Assembly (NCBI GenBank): GCA_026003215.1
Contig: BPGV01000001.1
Span: forward strand, 1,178,466-1,242,465
Direction of reading: 5' to 3'
DNA from: Bacteroidia bacterium
GTDB lineage: Bacteria > Bacteroidota > Bacteroidia > SpSt-205
Length of the DNA stretch: 64,000 bases
In this document: piece by piece, positions 17,656-26,700 of the stretch
Layout of the letters: each line of letters opens with the position of its first letter
How positions within the stretch are numbered: position 1 is the stretch's first letter
The notes under the pieces: model-generated
The model's input: only the letters and a program-made list of their open reading frames with translations
Told to the model about the DNA's origin: nothing
The model's database searches: none
Made by a program: the position numbers and the translations under genes

Positions 17656-19602
17656 ATGCGAGTAAAAAATCGGATAGGGCTGGGCTTAGCCCTTTTAGCA
17701 GGGATAGCCTGCGGCCCCAAAGACCTTATCAACAAAACCAAATACGGCGGGAAAAAGTACGTCAACACCTGTGAGACCTTCAAAAAAGAAGTGCAAGCTA
17801 CCCTTGACGCAAACAACGACCCCGCCACCCTCCGCATAAGTGAGTACGATAATAGCCAGTTTGACCCCACCTTCGTGGAGCCAGGGCAGTTTCTCCAAGC
17901 AAACGATACCCTATATTTCCGTCTGGCCAATGACTTGGAATATGCCAAGTACCTGCAAAAAGGTGTGGCTATTATTGTGCGGGTAGATTATACCACCCCT
18001 GCCCATTTAGCCAATATGGAAAAAGATCCTCAAGGTACCGTTGGGGAGCTTATCATCACAGAAAGCTACTACAAAGCCAACTCGCAGCCCTTCTTTATTT
18101 ATAAGATCCCACTGGGCGGCAGAAAGTTAGACGGGAAGCAAGTCTCGTTGTACTTTTCTGTGGTAAAGTTAGATAAAAAGGGGAAGGTAGTCAAGGTATA
18201 CTGCGACTCACGCAATAAACCTTTTGGACCTGCCGATCCGCCTTGTTGTACTTCGCAGCCATGGGCGCGGGTGCACACAGGCATAAAAGCGGCGTTGCCA
18301 GACCTCCCCATTCGGGATGAGCAATACCGCTATGAGGGATTTGAAGGGACCTTGGACCTCATCTTCCCCATTATGTCCACCAAGTTCAATAAAAAAGAGC
18401 TCACCGATGCTATCCTTCAGTATGTAGCCAAATATGAACAAATGGGCTATCTGGTGCAAAGCATCAAGATTGAGGGGTATGCTTCGCCGGATGGACGGCT
18501 GGAGCTTAACCAGAAGCTCTCCCAAGGCCGGATGGAAGCTGTAGTAGAAGACCTCAAAGAACACTTTGTGAAAAAGATGGGGCGAGATATTCCGATGGAG
18601 GGCATAGGCCGCGGAGAAGACTGGCAACGTTTTGATATACTGGTAAAAACGGCTGACTTTACCGATGAGGAACGGGGACAAATCCTCCAAATAGCGGCTC
18701 AGCCTATCCATGAAGACGATCGCGAAAAGCAACTCCGCAAGCTGCCTTACTGGCCTAAAATCCGCGAAAAAGTACTACCCTTTTGCCGCCATGCCCTGGT
18801 TACTTTTACCTTTACCTACCAACCCGATAAAATGTATGTAGAACGCTACAATGCAGCCCTTCCGCTCTTAGCCCCAGAACTCTATAACATCGCCACTAAA
18901 ACTTTTATCATAAGTCGCTTCCGTCCTGGGGTCAATGCGCGCCAAAATCTTTCTATTCTGAATACCCTCATAGATACCCGGGGCAATCACACCGCTAACC
19001 TCTTGGCCATGCGCTCTACGTATCACTTCGCGCTGAGTGACCTCAAAAGCGCTGTCCGGGACATAGAGGCCGCCGCCGCCTTGGATAAAAATAACCCCAC
19101 CTATAGCCTCGCAGCACTGGCCTATCGTACCCAAGGTATCCAAGAGCTCTCACGCGAGGAAGCCATGCAAATGTTAGAGCGGTATAACGACCTCATCGCG
19201 CGCACTCCGAATGACCGTTCCCTCTACATCAACCGCGCTATCGTGATGGATTATGTGGGCTGGCTCTCGGGCGCTATCGCAGACAATACCAAGGTTATCT
19301 CCGAAGAAGGGCGGCTCGCTATCGCCTACAATAACCGCGGCGTTTCGCTCATGAAAGCTATGCGCCTCCTGGAAGCCGAAGCCGACTTCTTACAGGCTGT
19401 CTCTATTGACCCCAACTTAGCTGAAGCCCACTTTAACTTAGGCTTACTCTACGCGTATAAGGGATATCCCGACAAGGCCGCCCAAAGCTTAGAACGAGCC
19501 TTTACGCTCCAACCCGCCTTCCGGAGCGAGCTGAACGCTAATCCGGTCTTCCGGGTGGTACGCGACCACCCCCGCTTCGGGAAGTTTTCTACGGGTGGGT
19601 GA
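17656..19602 (+). CDS. lipoprotein with a central OmpA/MotB-like domain and C-terminal TPR repeats
   Basis: Lipobox LLAGIACG. A degenerate OmpA-like motif IEGYASPDGRLELNQKLSQGRMEAVV. TPR-like AEAHFNLGLLYAYKGYPDKA. Confidence 0.55.
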   Translation: MRVKNRIGLGLALLAGIACGPKDLINKTKYGGKKYVNTCETFKKEVQATLDANNDPATLRISEYDNSQFDPTFVEPGQFLQANDTLYFRLANDLEYAKYLQKGVAIIVRVDYTTPAHLANMEKDPQGTVGELIITESYYKANSQPFFIYKIPLGGRKLDGKQVSLYFSVVKLDKKGKVVKVYCDSRNKPFGPADPPCCTSQPWARVHTGIKAALPDLPIRDEQYRYEGFEGTLDLIFPIMSTKFNKKELTDAILQYVAKYEQMGYLVQSIKIEGYASPDGRLELNQKLSQGRMEAVVEDLKEHFVKKMGRDIPMEGIGRGEDWQRFDILVKTADFTDEERGQILQIAAQPIHEDDREKQLRKLPYWPKIREKVLPFCRHALVTFTFTYQPDKMYVERYNAALPLLAPELYNIATKTFIISRFRPGVNARQNLSILNTLIDTRGNHTANLLAMRSTYHFALSDLKSAVRDIEAAAALDKNNPTYSLAALAYRTQGIQELSREEAMQMLERYNDLIARTPNDRSLYINRAIVMDYVGWLSGAIADNTKVISEEGRLAIAYNNRGVSLMKAMRLLEAEADFLQAVSIDPNLAEAHFNLGLLYAYKGYPDKAAQSLERAFTLQPAFRSELNANPVFRVVRDHPRFGKFSTGG

Positions 19603-19626
19603 GCCTTTCCAGCTTACGCACACACA

Positions 19627-19660
19627 CAAGGGGCTTGGTTTCAAGCCCCTTTTTCTTTTT
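19627..19660 (+). terminator. rho-independent terminator
   Basis: Hairpin CAAGGGGCTTG-GTTT-CAAGCCCCTT followed by TTTTCTTTTT, 25 nt after the stop of the 17656..19602 gene. Confidence 0.6.
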
Positions 19661-19663
19661 GTT

Positions 19664-19671
19664 TAGCTTTG
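19664..19671 (+). promoter_or_regulatory. candidate -7 promoter element TAGCTTTG, 8 nt upstream of the nuoD ATG
   Basis: Matches TAnnTTTG. The identical decamer TTAGCTTTGC also precedes the pckA start at 63755. Confidence 0.3.
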
Positions 19672-19678
19672 CAGAGCC

Positions 19679-20968
19679 ATGGCAGAGACACCACTTTCGG
19701 CGCAAGTGCAGCCGACATTCTTTCCCAAGCACCAACAAGCCCTCTACAAGCGGTTAGAAGACAAACATACCCTCGTAGAGGTAGATGAGTCGGACCCCCT
19801 ACACACGCGCGTAATCCTGAATATGGGGCCTCAGCACCCAGCCACCCACGGCGTTCTGCGCGCCGTACTCCTGTTGGATGGCGAAAAAATCGTCAAAGCG
19901 GTCATAGATATTGGCTACCTCCACCGCGGGATTGAAAAGATCGCCGAGTACAAGACCCCCCAAGAGTTCATGCCCTATACCGACCGAATGGATTACCTCT
20001 CTCCGTATTCTAACAATGTGGCTTTCTGCTTGGCGGTGGAAAAGCTCCTGGGCATAGAGGCCCCTCCCCGCGCCCAATACATACGCACTATCGCCTGCGA
20101 ACTCTCCCGCATCTCTTCCCACCTCCTGTGGCTGGGTACGATGATCATGGACGCGGGCGCCGTCTCTATGTTCCTCTGGACCTTCCGAGAACGGGAGAAA
20201 ATCTATTCCATCTTTGACAAGCTGGCTGGTGTGCGCTTCACCGTAAGCCACTGCCGTATCGGCGGCCTGCAATACGACATTACCGACGAAACCATAGACA
20301 TGATACGCTCTTTTGTAAAGAACTTCTACAGAGAGCTGCGCGACTGGCGAAAGCTCTTAGATAAAAATCCGATATTCCTGCGCCGAGTAGAAGGGATAGG
20401 GGCCATTTCTCGCGAGGAAGCGATCGCTTATGGCTTCACGGGGCCTAACCTGCGAGCCTGCGGCGTACCCTACGACATCCGGCTGTACGAACCCTATCTG
20501 GTGTATGAAGAGTTGAACTTTGAGGTGCCTATCCGTGAAGAAGGGGATATGCTTGCACGCTACTTCGTACGCATGGATGAGATGGAACAAAGCGCCCGCA
20601 TCATTGAGCAGGCCTTGGCGCGACTCCCCGGCGGACCTATCCGCTTAGATAACGCCAAATACGCTTACCCCTCCAAAGACGAAGTGTATTTCTCCATGGA
20701 GGGGATGATACACGACTTTATGATGACGGATGTAGGTCCTTTGGCTCCTGCCGGCACCGAAATTTATCACGCTATTGAAGCCCCCAAAGGCGAACTCGGC
20801 TTTTATATCTACTCCGATGGCACCGGCATCCCCTGGCGCGTGAAAATCAAGTCCCCTTCCTTTGCCAATATCCAAGTCTTAGAAAAGCTACTGGAAGGGG
20901 CCATGATATCCGATGCAGTGCTTTTGATTGGTTCCGTAGATCCTGTCTTAGGCGAAGCCGACAAATAA
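19679..20968 (+). CDS. nuoD: NADH-quinone oxidoreductase subunit D (49 kDa subunit)
   Basis: NMGPQHPATHGVLR and conserved NuoD blocks throughout. No other nuo genes are adjacent. Confidence 0.9.
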   Translation: MAETPLSAQVQPTFFPKHQQALYKRLEDKHTLVEVDESDPLHTRVILNMGPQHPATHGVLRAVLLLDGEKIVKAVIDIGYLHRGIEKIAEYKTPQEFMPYTDRMDYLSPYSNNVAFCLAVEKLLGIEAPPRAQYIRTIACELSRISSHLLWLGTMIMDAGAVSMFLWTFREREKIYSIFDKLAGVRFTVSHCRIGGLQYDITDETIDMIRSFVKNFYRELRDWRKLLDKNPIFLRRVEGIGAISREEAIAYGFTGPNLRACGVPYDIRLYEPYLVYEELNFEVPIREEGDMLARYFVRMDEMEQSARIIEQALARLPGGPIRLDNAKYAYPSKDEVYFSMEGMIHDFMMTDVGPLAPAGTEIYHAIEAPKGELGFYIYSDGTGIPWRVKIKSPSFANIQVLEKLLEGAMISDAVLLIGSVDPVLGEADK

Positions 20969-20994
20969 AGGGCTGCACAAGTACCTCAGACTTC

Positions 20995-22851
20995 ATGTGC
21001 GGGGTAGCGGGATATTTTTTGTGGGGGGAGGCTGAACCGCCAGACCTCCATGTAGCCCTCCACCTACTGGCCCACCGCGGCCCGGATGCAGCCCGCACCT
21101 GGCAATCGCCCCCGGGTTCTGTGGGCTTAGCCCACACCCGCCTAAGCATTTTAGACCTCTCGGAAGCTGCGCATCAGCCCTTGCATCTGGGGGCCACGCA
21201 CCTTGTATATAATGGAGAGATATACAACTTTCGGGAGCTGGCCCAAGAAGGAGGCTTTCCGCTCACCACCCGCAGCGATACCGAGGTCATCCTACATGCC
21301 TATCACCGCTGGGGCGAAAAAGCCTGGGAAAAGCTGGAGGGCATGTTCGCCTTTGCCTTGTATGATGAGGGAGAGCAAGTGCTTTTTTTGGTGCGAGACC
21401 CATTGGGTATCAAGCCGTTGTGGGTGGCGGAGACGGCCTACGGCCTCTACTTTGCCTCCGAACTCAAAGTACTCAAAGCTTGGCTAAAACCCCTCAGCCA
21501 TCGCCCGGAAGCGCTGGCTGAGTTTCTACACCTGGGGTTTATTCCTGCGCCGCATAGCTGGTACCAGCACATTTACAAGGTTTTGCCCGGTGAAGTGTGG
21601 CAGGTCCGTCCCCACCGGGTAGAAAAGCGCTTTTATTACGACCGCACGCGCCTATGGCAGCAGCCTTTGCTAAGCCTTCCTCAGCCGGAGATAGAAGCGC
21701 TCCTGGCAGAAAAACTTCGGCGGGCGGTGCGGGCCCATCTGGTAAGTGATGTGCCTGTGGGGCTTTTCCTAAGTGGGGGCACTGATTCTTCGCTGGTAGC
21801 AGCATTTGCTGCAGAGGAAGGCCATAAGCTTCAAGCCTTCAGCATCGGTTTTGCGGAGGCTTCCTATAACGAGCTACCCTATGCCTGCGAAGTAGCCCGG
21901 ATATTAAGCCTCCCCTTTACAGAGGCTATTTTATCCGCTAAAGAAGCACTAACGCTTATTCCGCGTTTGCCAGAGTGGTTTGATGAGCCCTTTGGCGATG
22001 TGTCGGCGTTGCCTACGTATTTGGTATCCCGATTGGCGTCTCAGTCGGTGAAGGTTGTCTTAGCCGGCGATGGCGGCGATGAACTCTTTTGGGGATACGG
22101 TCGCTATCGGTGGGCGCTGCGGCTTGCGCGAGCCCCATCTTTTTGGCGGACGGGCGGGCAGCTCCTACGCTGGTGGCCCCAAAGCCGCGCCCAACGCGTG
22201 CGTAAGCTGCTTGCCTTACCCACCTCCGCCCTTCCAGAGCATATCTTCTCCCAGGAGGAGTACGCTTTTAGCTGGGGCGAGCTACACCAGCTTTGGGCTG
22301 ATACGCCCACTGAGCCATGGCATACGCCGTTTACCTTGCCTTCCACCCTACCTGAAGCCCAAGCCGCTTGGGACTTCCTCCATTACTTGCCGGATGACCT
22401 CCTCACCAAAGTAGATAGGGCCTCTATGCAGCATAGCCTGGAAGTGCGGGTTCCCCTCTTGGACAAAACCTGGGTAGAGCTGGCCTGGCGGGTGCCTCCT
22501 TCACTCAAAAAGCCTTTACCCGGCGCTCCTCCCCAATATAAGCCTCTTTTGCGCGCGCTGCTGAAACGTTTTTTGCCCGCGTCTTTAGTAGAGCGAAAAA
22601 AGTGGGGCTTTACGCTGCCCCTGGCCCAGTGGCTCCAAGGCCCACTCGCTGATTGGGCCAGAACCTATGCCCATCCCACACATCTTTATCAGGCTTACGG
22701 GCTAAATCCCCCTGAGGTGCGAGCCCTCTGGAGGAAGTTTGAAGCCGGCCAAACGTATTTGGCGGGACGCCTGTGGCTTTTGGCGCAGGCAGGGGTATAT
22801 GCTGAGCGTGAAGCTACGACCCTACCAAGATGTCCCGCAGGCGCAAAGTGA
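20995..22851 (+). CDS. asnB: asparagine synthase (glutamine-hydrolysing)
   Basis: N-terminal MCGVAGY, an Ntn glutaminase domain, and the PP-loop SGGTDSS. Confidence 0.85.
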   Translation: MCGVAGYFLWGEAEPPDLHVALHLLAHRGPDAARTWQSPPGSVGLAHTRLSILDLSEAAHQPLHLGATHLVYNGEIYNFRELAQEGGFPLTTRSDTEVILHAYHRWGEKAWEKLEGMFAFALYDEGEQVLFLVRDPLGIKPLWVAETAYGLYFASELKVLKAWLKPLSHRPEALAEFLHLGFIPAPHSWYQHIYKVLPGEVWQVRPHRVEKRFYYDRTRLWQQPLLSLPQPEIEALLAEKLRRAVRAHLVSDVPVGLFLSGGTDSSLVAAFAAEEGHKLQAFSIGFAEASYNELPYACEVARILSLPFTEAILSAKEALTLIPRLPEWFDEPFGDVSALPTYLVSRLASQSVKVVLAGDGGDELFWGYGRYRWALRLARAPSFWRTGGQLLRWWPQSRAQRVRKLLALPTSALPEHIFSQEEYAFSWGELHQLWADTPTEPWHTPFTLPSTLPEAQAAWDFLHYLPDDLLTKVDRASMQHSLEVRVPLLDKTWVELAWRVPPSLKKPLPGAPPQYKPLLRALLKRFLPASLVERKKWGFTLPLAQWLQGPLADWARTYAHPTHLYQAYGLNPPEVRALWRKFEAGQTYLAGRLWLLAQAGVYAEREATTLPRCPAGAK

Positions 22852-24544
22852 CAGCGCCTCTCTTATCCAAACGAGGGGAAGCAACGATACGCAACGGGCC
22901 ATTTCCTCTGCTGCTGAGGAAGTCTTTTATGAGGGAGAAGGGCAGATCAGAAGCAGCAGCGTACCAGTGGCCATTGGAGGCAAAAATCAAGCGTCCTTCG
23001 TGGAAGGGTTCAGAAAGGAGGGACATGTCCTCTATCAAGAAGCGCGGGGCCTCGTTGGCTGGACCGATAGGTTCCATTTTTTCGCACCAGTGGGCCAGTG
23101 CTGGGGTAAGTTCTGTGGGGGAGAGGAGCGCATCAATCGTATGGCGGGGACGCACGGGCAAGTAGGGTTGGGTGCCTTGGGCGAGTGCTTCTACAAAGGC
23201 GTCCAGTTGGGTAGCGTGGAGGGTAAGCCCCGCTGCTCGGGCGTGCCCCCCAAACTTCTCCAAATAAGGACTGCAGTGGGTATGAAGGACCTCAAAGAGA
23301 GGCACTTCACCTGGGCTGCGGGCTGAGCCCGTGAGGAGTCCGCCTTCTTGGTGGGTGAGTACCACCGCCGGACGGTAGAAGCGTTCCATAAGCTTGGCGG
23401 CTACCAAACCCACGATGCCTTTACTCCACTTCTCTCCGACGACCACCAGAGCCGGCGGAGCCAGCTGGGGATCTTGGAGACTGCCGGGATACGCTTGGGC
23501 TATTTGAGCTAAAGCTTCTTGTAAGGTTTTTTCTTGGAGGCCTTGCCGGTGGCGATTCAGTCGGTCCAAGTAAGCGGCTACTTCTTTAATTTTCTCCGGA
23601 GGTGTGTTACGATGCAAAAGGAAGAGCCCATACCGGGGATGATGCATGCGGCCAGCAGCATTGAGCCGTGGGACAAGTTGGAAAACGATTTGGCGGGCAT
23701 GGCGCAGCTGCCCGGGGATGAAGCCTGCTTGTTCCATGAGGGCCGCTATGCCAGGGTGAGGAACTTTACGCAGGGCTTCCATGCCCAGATAGACAATGGT
23801 GCGATTCTCCCCCAACAGGGGCATCACATCCGCCAGGAGACTAAGGGCAGCCAGCTGAACCCATTGATGTAGCCGCTCCTGCCGGAAATTGTACTTCTGC
23901 ACATACGCTAAAAGAAACTTGAGCACTAAAGCTCCAGCCGATAGATATTTATTCTTGTAAGCGCTATCCGAACGCCAAGGATTAATGAAAGCGGAGACGG
24001 GAGGGGGCTGGTCGCTCGGCCCTATCTCATGGTGATCTAATACAATCACAGGTATCTCTGCACGCTCCAGACGAGCCAGCTTGGTACCTTCCTTAGTGCC
24101 ACAGTCTACGGTGATGAAGAGGCCATATTTTTTTTCTATGGCTTGCTGAATAGCTTTTTCAGAAACGCCATAGCCTTCGGTGAAGCGGTCAGGTAGATGT
24201 AAAAAATACTGCTTATGGCCGGCTTCTTCCAAAAAATCTCCCAAGAGTGCGGCGGCGGTGGTTCCATCCACATCATAATCGCCGGCGATGTAGATAGCGC
24301 GGCCTTCGTGGAGGGCGGTATGGAGGAGGGTAAGGGCTTTGTCTATGTCCGGCAAGTCCAAAGGTTCTTCCAGCTTGTCCCATGAGGGATTGAAGTAAGC
24401 TTCTATGTCGGTAGGGGAAGTAAGTCCCCTACGGCTTAGCACAGCAAGCACGGCCATAGGGATAGCCCCGACTCCTGGGGAGAAGGTCCACTCAGGCGGA
24501 GAGGCCAGCTGCCATTCCGCAAAAAGACCGGAGAAAGTTTGCAT
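22814..24544 (-). CDS. recJ: single-stranded-DNA-specific exonuclease RecJ
   Basis: DHH motifs (DYDVDGTTAAALL, LDHH) and a DHHA1 C-terminal region. Confidence 0.85.
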   Translation of the reverse strand: MQTFSGLFAEWQLASPPEWTFSPGVGAIPMAVLAVLSRRGLTSPTDIEAYFNPSWDKLEEPLDLPDIDKALTLLHTALHEGRAIYIAGDYDVDGTTAAALLGDFLEEAGHKQYFLHLPDRFTEGYGVSEKAIQQAIEKKYGLFITVDCGTKEGTKLARLERAEIPVIVLDHHEIGPSDQPPPVSAFINPWRSDSAYKNKYLSAGALVLKFLLAYVQKYNFRQERLHQWVQLAALSLLADVMPLLGENRTIVYLGMEALRKVPHPGIAALMEQAGFIPGQLRHARQIVFQLVPRLNAAGRMHHPRYGLFLLHRNTPPEKIKEVAAYLDRLNRHRQGLQEKTLQEALAQIAQAYPGSLQDPQLAPPALVVVGEKWSKGIVGLVAAKLMERFYRPAVVLTHQEGGLLTGSARSPGEVPLFEVLHTHCSPYLEKFGGHARAAGLTLHATQLDAFVEALAQGTQPYLPVRPRHTIDALLSPTELTPALAHWCEKMEPIGPANEAPRFLIEDMSLLSEPFHEGRLIFASNGHWYAAASDLPFSLIKDFLSSRGNGPLRIVASPRLDKRGAVTLRLRDILVGS

Positions 24545-24557
24545 CCCAGAGAATAGG

Positions 24558-26270
24558 TTAGAGAGAGAAAGAAGCCGAACGGGACAGCTGATAGCGAAAT
24601 CCTATAATCAAGATATCATCTGTTTGCGGAATATCTCCCTTCCATTCACGCAAGCGCTGCTCCAAAACCTTGCTTTGTTCGTGGAGGGGCAAGCGATGCA
24701 CCTCATCTATAAGCTCATAGAAGCGCCGCGTACCCATGCGGGGGCGTTCTTGGCCTTCTTGGTCCGGGTAGCCGTCCGAGAATAGGAAAAACATATCCCC
24801 TGGCTGGGGGCGGATACGATGAGACTGAAAAGGTACATTTCTGAAGAGTTCGGGGTCATCGGCGATAGCGCGGGGCGTAGGCGGTATTTCCTGTCTTTGT
24901 CCTCCGCTATAATGGAGCACAGGACGCTTAGCCCCTGCGACAAATACCTCGCCACTCTGAAGGTCTATCTGCACAACAGCCATCTCGGCGCCATCTTGGA
25001 TGACCTCGCCTTGGGATTGGGATTGGAGCTTCTCTCGCACTTGCGCATCTACCACTTGCAAGATCCCGGCCGGGTCAGATACGCCCATTTCATTGACGGC
25101 GTAGCTAAGCGCATTGCTTACCAGCACACTCATGAAAGCCCCCGGAACCCCATGCCCCGTGCAGTCCACAGCCGCCAAATAAACATAACGGCCTCCTTGC
25201 TCACTAAACCAGTAAAAATCTCCGCTAACCACCGCTTTTGGTAGATACAGAATAAAGCTTTCGGGCAAGTGATAGCGAATAATCTCTTCGCTGGGTATGA
25301 GAGCTCGTTGTATGCGCCGGGCGTAAGCGATGCTATCCTCCAGTTCCTTTTTCTGCTCTAAGATGGTGTGATAAAGAGCGGCATTTTCCAAGGATATGGC
25401 CAACTGGCTGGTAAGAGTTTGCAAAGTATTTTGTATTTCACGCTGCTCCCGCAGAAAATCTACAACCTCGCTGCGCTCAAGCACGACATATCCTAAGTCT
25501 CTGGCACTTTGTTGGAGTCGGATGGGTGCGACGAGTATGTTCGCATTTTCCTCCAGCATGGTCTGCTCAATAGCTTCTTGGATTTCCACACGCAGTTGGC
25601 GGGCTTTTTCGGGGTCGGCGTATGCGTCTAAGACCTGTACTTGTATTTTTTTGGCATAGGCGCTTAGGGCATTAGCCATAGCTTGGAGGCTTATACCTTG
25701 CTGAGGATAATCTATGGCGATTTTCGCCGAAGTGAAGCCTACCGTTTCCGCCAGACTTTCAAAATACTTTTCTATGAGCTTATTAATCTCCCGCTCACCG
25801 GAGAGTTTTTGGGTGAGGTTATTGATATCCCGCAGGAGGCGTGTGTACATTTGCAAGCGGATTTTTTGGAGGTAGGCTTCGGCGGCTTCTTCCACGGTAA
25901 GCATGAGGTCATCTTCGCGCCAAGGCTTCATGACATAGCGATAGAGGCGCGCGTGGTTGATAGCGTTTCGCACTGCATCTAAGGTAGCTTGCCCAGTGAG
26001 CAAAATCTTATAGGCTTCGGGGACTTTTTTATGCGCAGCGATAAGAAACTCATCCCCTTTCAGGCCGGGCATGAGCTGGTCAGAAATGATTACCGCTATA
26101 TCCTGATTGTCCGTTTGAATCTCCTCTATCAGTTCCAACGCCTCCTCGCCTCCTTGGGCTACCTCACACTCAAAGCGCTCACCTAACCGATTAAGGACCT
26201 GCTCCTGTAGGCTATCTAAGATGATTTTTTCATCATCTACGCAGAGGATTACAGGCTTCTTGATAGGCAT
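24558..26270 (-). CDS. response-regulator receiver domain fused to a PP2C/SpoIIE-type serine phosphatase
   Basis: N-terminal REC domain (ILCVDDE...ISDQLMP...KPW). The C-terminal motifs GDFYW...DCTGHGVPGA are PP2C metal-binding motifs. Confidence 0.8.
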   Translation of the reverse strand: MPIKKPVILCVDDEKIILDSLQEQVLNRLGERFECEVAQGGEEALELIEEIQTDNQDIAVIISDQLMPGLKGDEFLIAAHKKVPEAYKILLTGQATLDAVRNAINHARLYRYVMKPWREDDLMLTVEEAAEAYLQKIRLQMYTRLLRDINNLTQKLSGEREINKLIEKYFESLAETVGFTSAKIAIDYPQQGISLQAMANALSAYAKKIQVQVLDAYADPEKARQLRVEIQEAIEQTMLEENANILVAPIRLQQSARDLGYVVLERSEVVDFLREQREIQNTLQTLTSQLAISLENAALYHTILEQKKELEDSIAYARRIQRALIPSEEIIRYHLPESFILYLPKAVVSGDFYWFSEQGGRYVYLAAVDCTGHGVPGAFMSVLVSNALSYAVNEMGVSDPAGILQVVDAQVREKLQSQSQGEVIQDGAEMAVVQIDLQSGEVFVAGAKRPVLHYSGGQRQEIPPTPRAIADDPELFRNVPFQSHRIRPQPGDMFFLFSDGYPDQEGQERPRMGTRRFYELIDEVHRLPLHEQSKVLEQRLREWKGDIPQTDDILIIGFRYQLSRSASFSL

Positions 26271-26279
26271 AGCGTAGGC

Positions 26280-26696
26280 TTAAGCAAGCCCGAGTTTTTT
26301 TAGGGCGTTATTGACATAGTTGATGAGGTCTTCTTCACGCCAAGGCTTACGAATATAGGCATAGAGGTTAGCATTTTGGAAGGCATTTTCCACGGCTTCG
26401 GGGTCCGCTTGGCCGGTAAGCATGATAGTGACCGTTTCGGGATACTTTTGGTGCAGCTCAATCAAGAAGGTATCCCCTTTCACCCGGGGCATCAGCCAGT
26501 CCGAAATGACCAATACCATCTCATAGCCCTGCGATACGAGGTCTTCAATCACTTCCCAGGCTTCATCCACGCTCTCGGCAATCTCGTATTCAAACTGATC
26601 GCCAAAAGTAGCCCGAAGCTGCTCCTGCAAGCTGTCTAATACAATTTTTTCATCATCCACGCAGAGAATGGCTCGCTTGACTTTCTTCTCTTCCAT
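26280..26696 (-). CDS. stand-alone response-regulator receiver (REC) protein
   Basis: 138 aa covering a REC domain only. It is highly similar, in both protein and DNA, to the REC domain of the adjacent PP2C gene. Confidence 0.8.
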   Translation of the reverse strand: MEEKKVKRAILCVDDEKIVLDSLQEQLRATFGDQFEYEIAESVDEAWEVIEDLVSQGYEMVLVISDWLMPRVKGDTFLIELHQKYPETVTIMLTGQADPEAVENAFQNANLYAYIRKPWREEDLINYVNNALKKLGLA

Positions 26697-26700
26697 AAGC

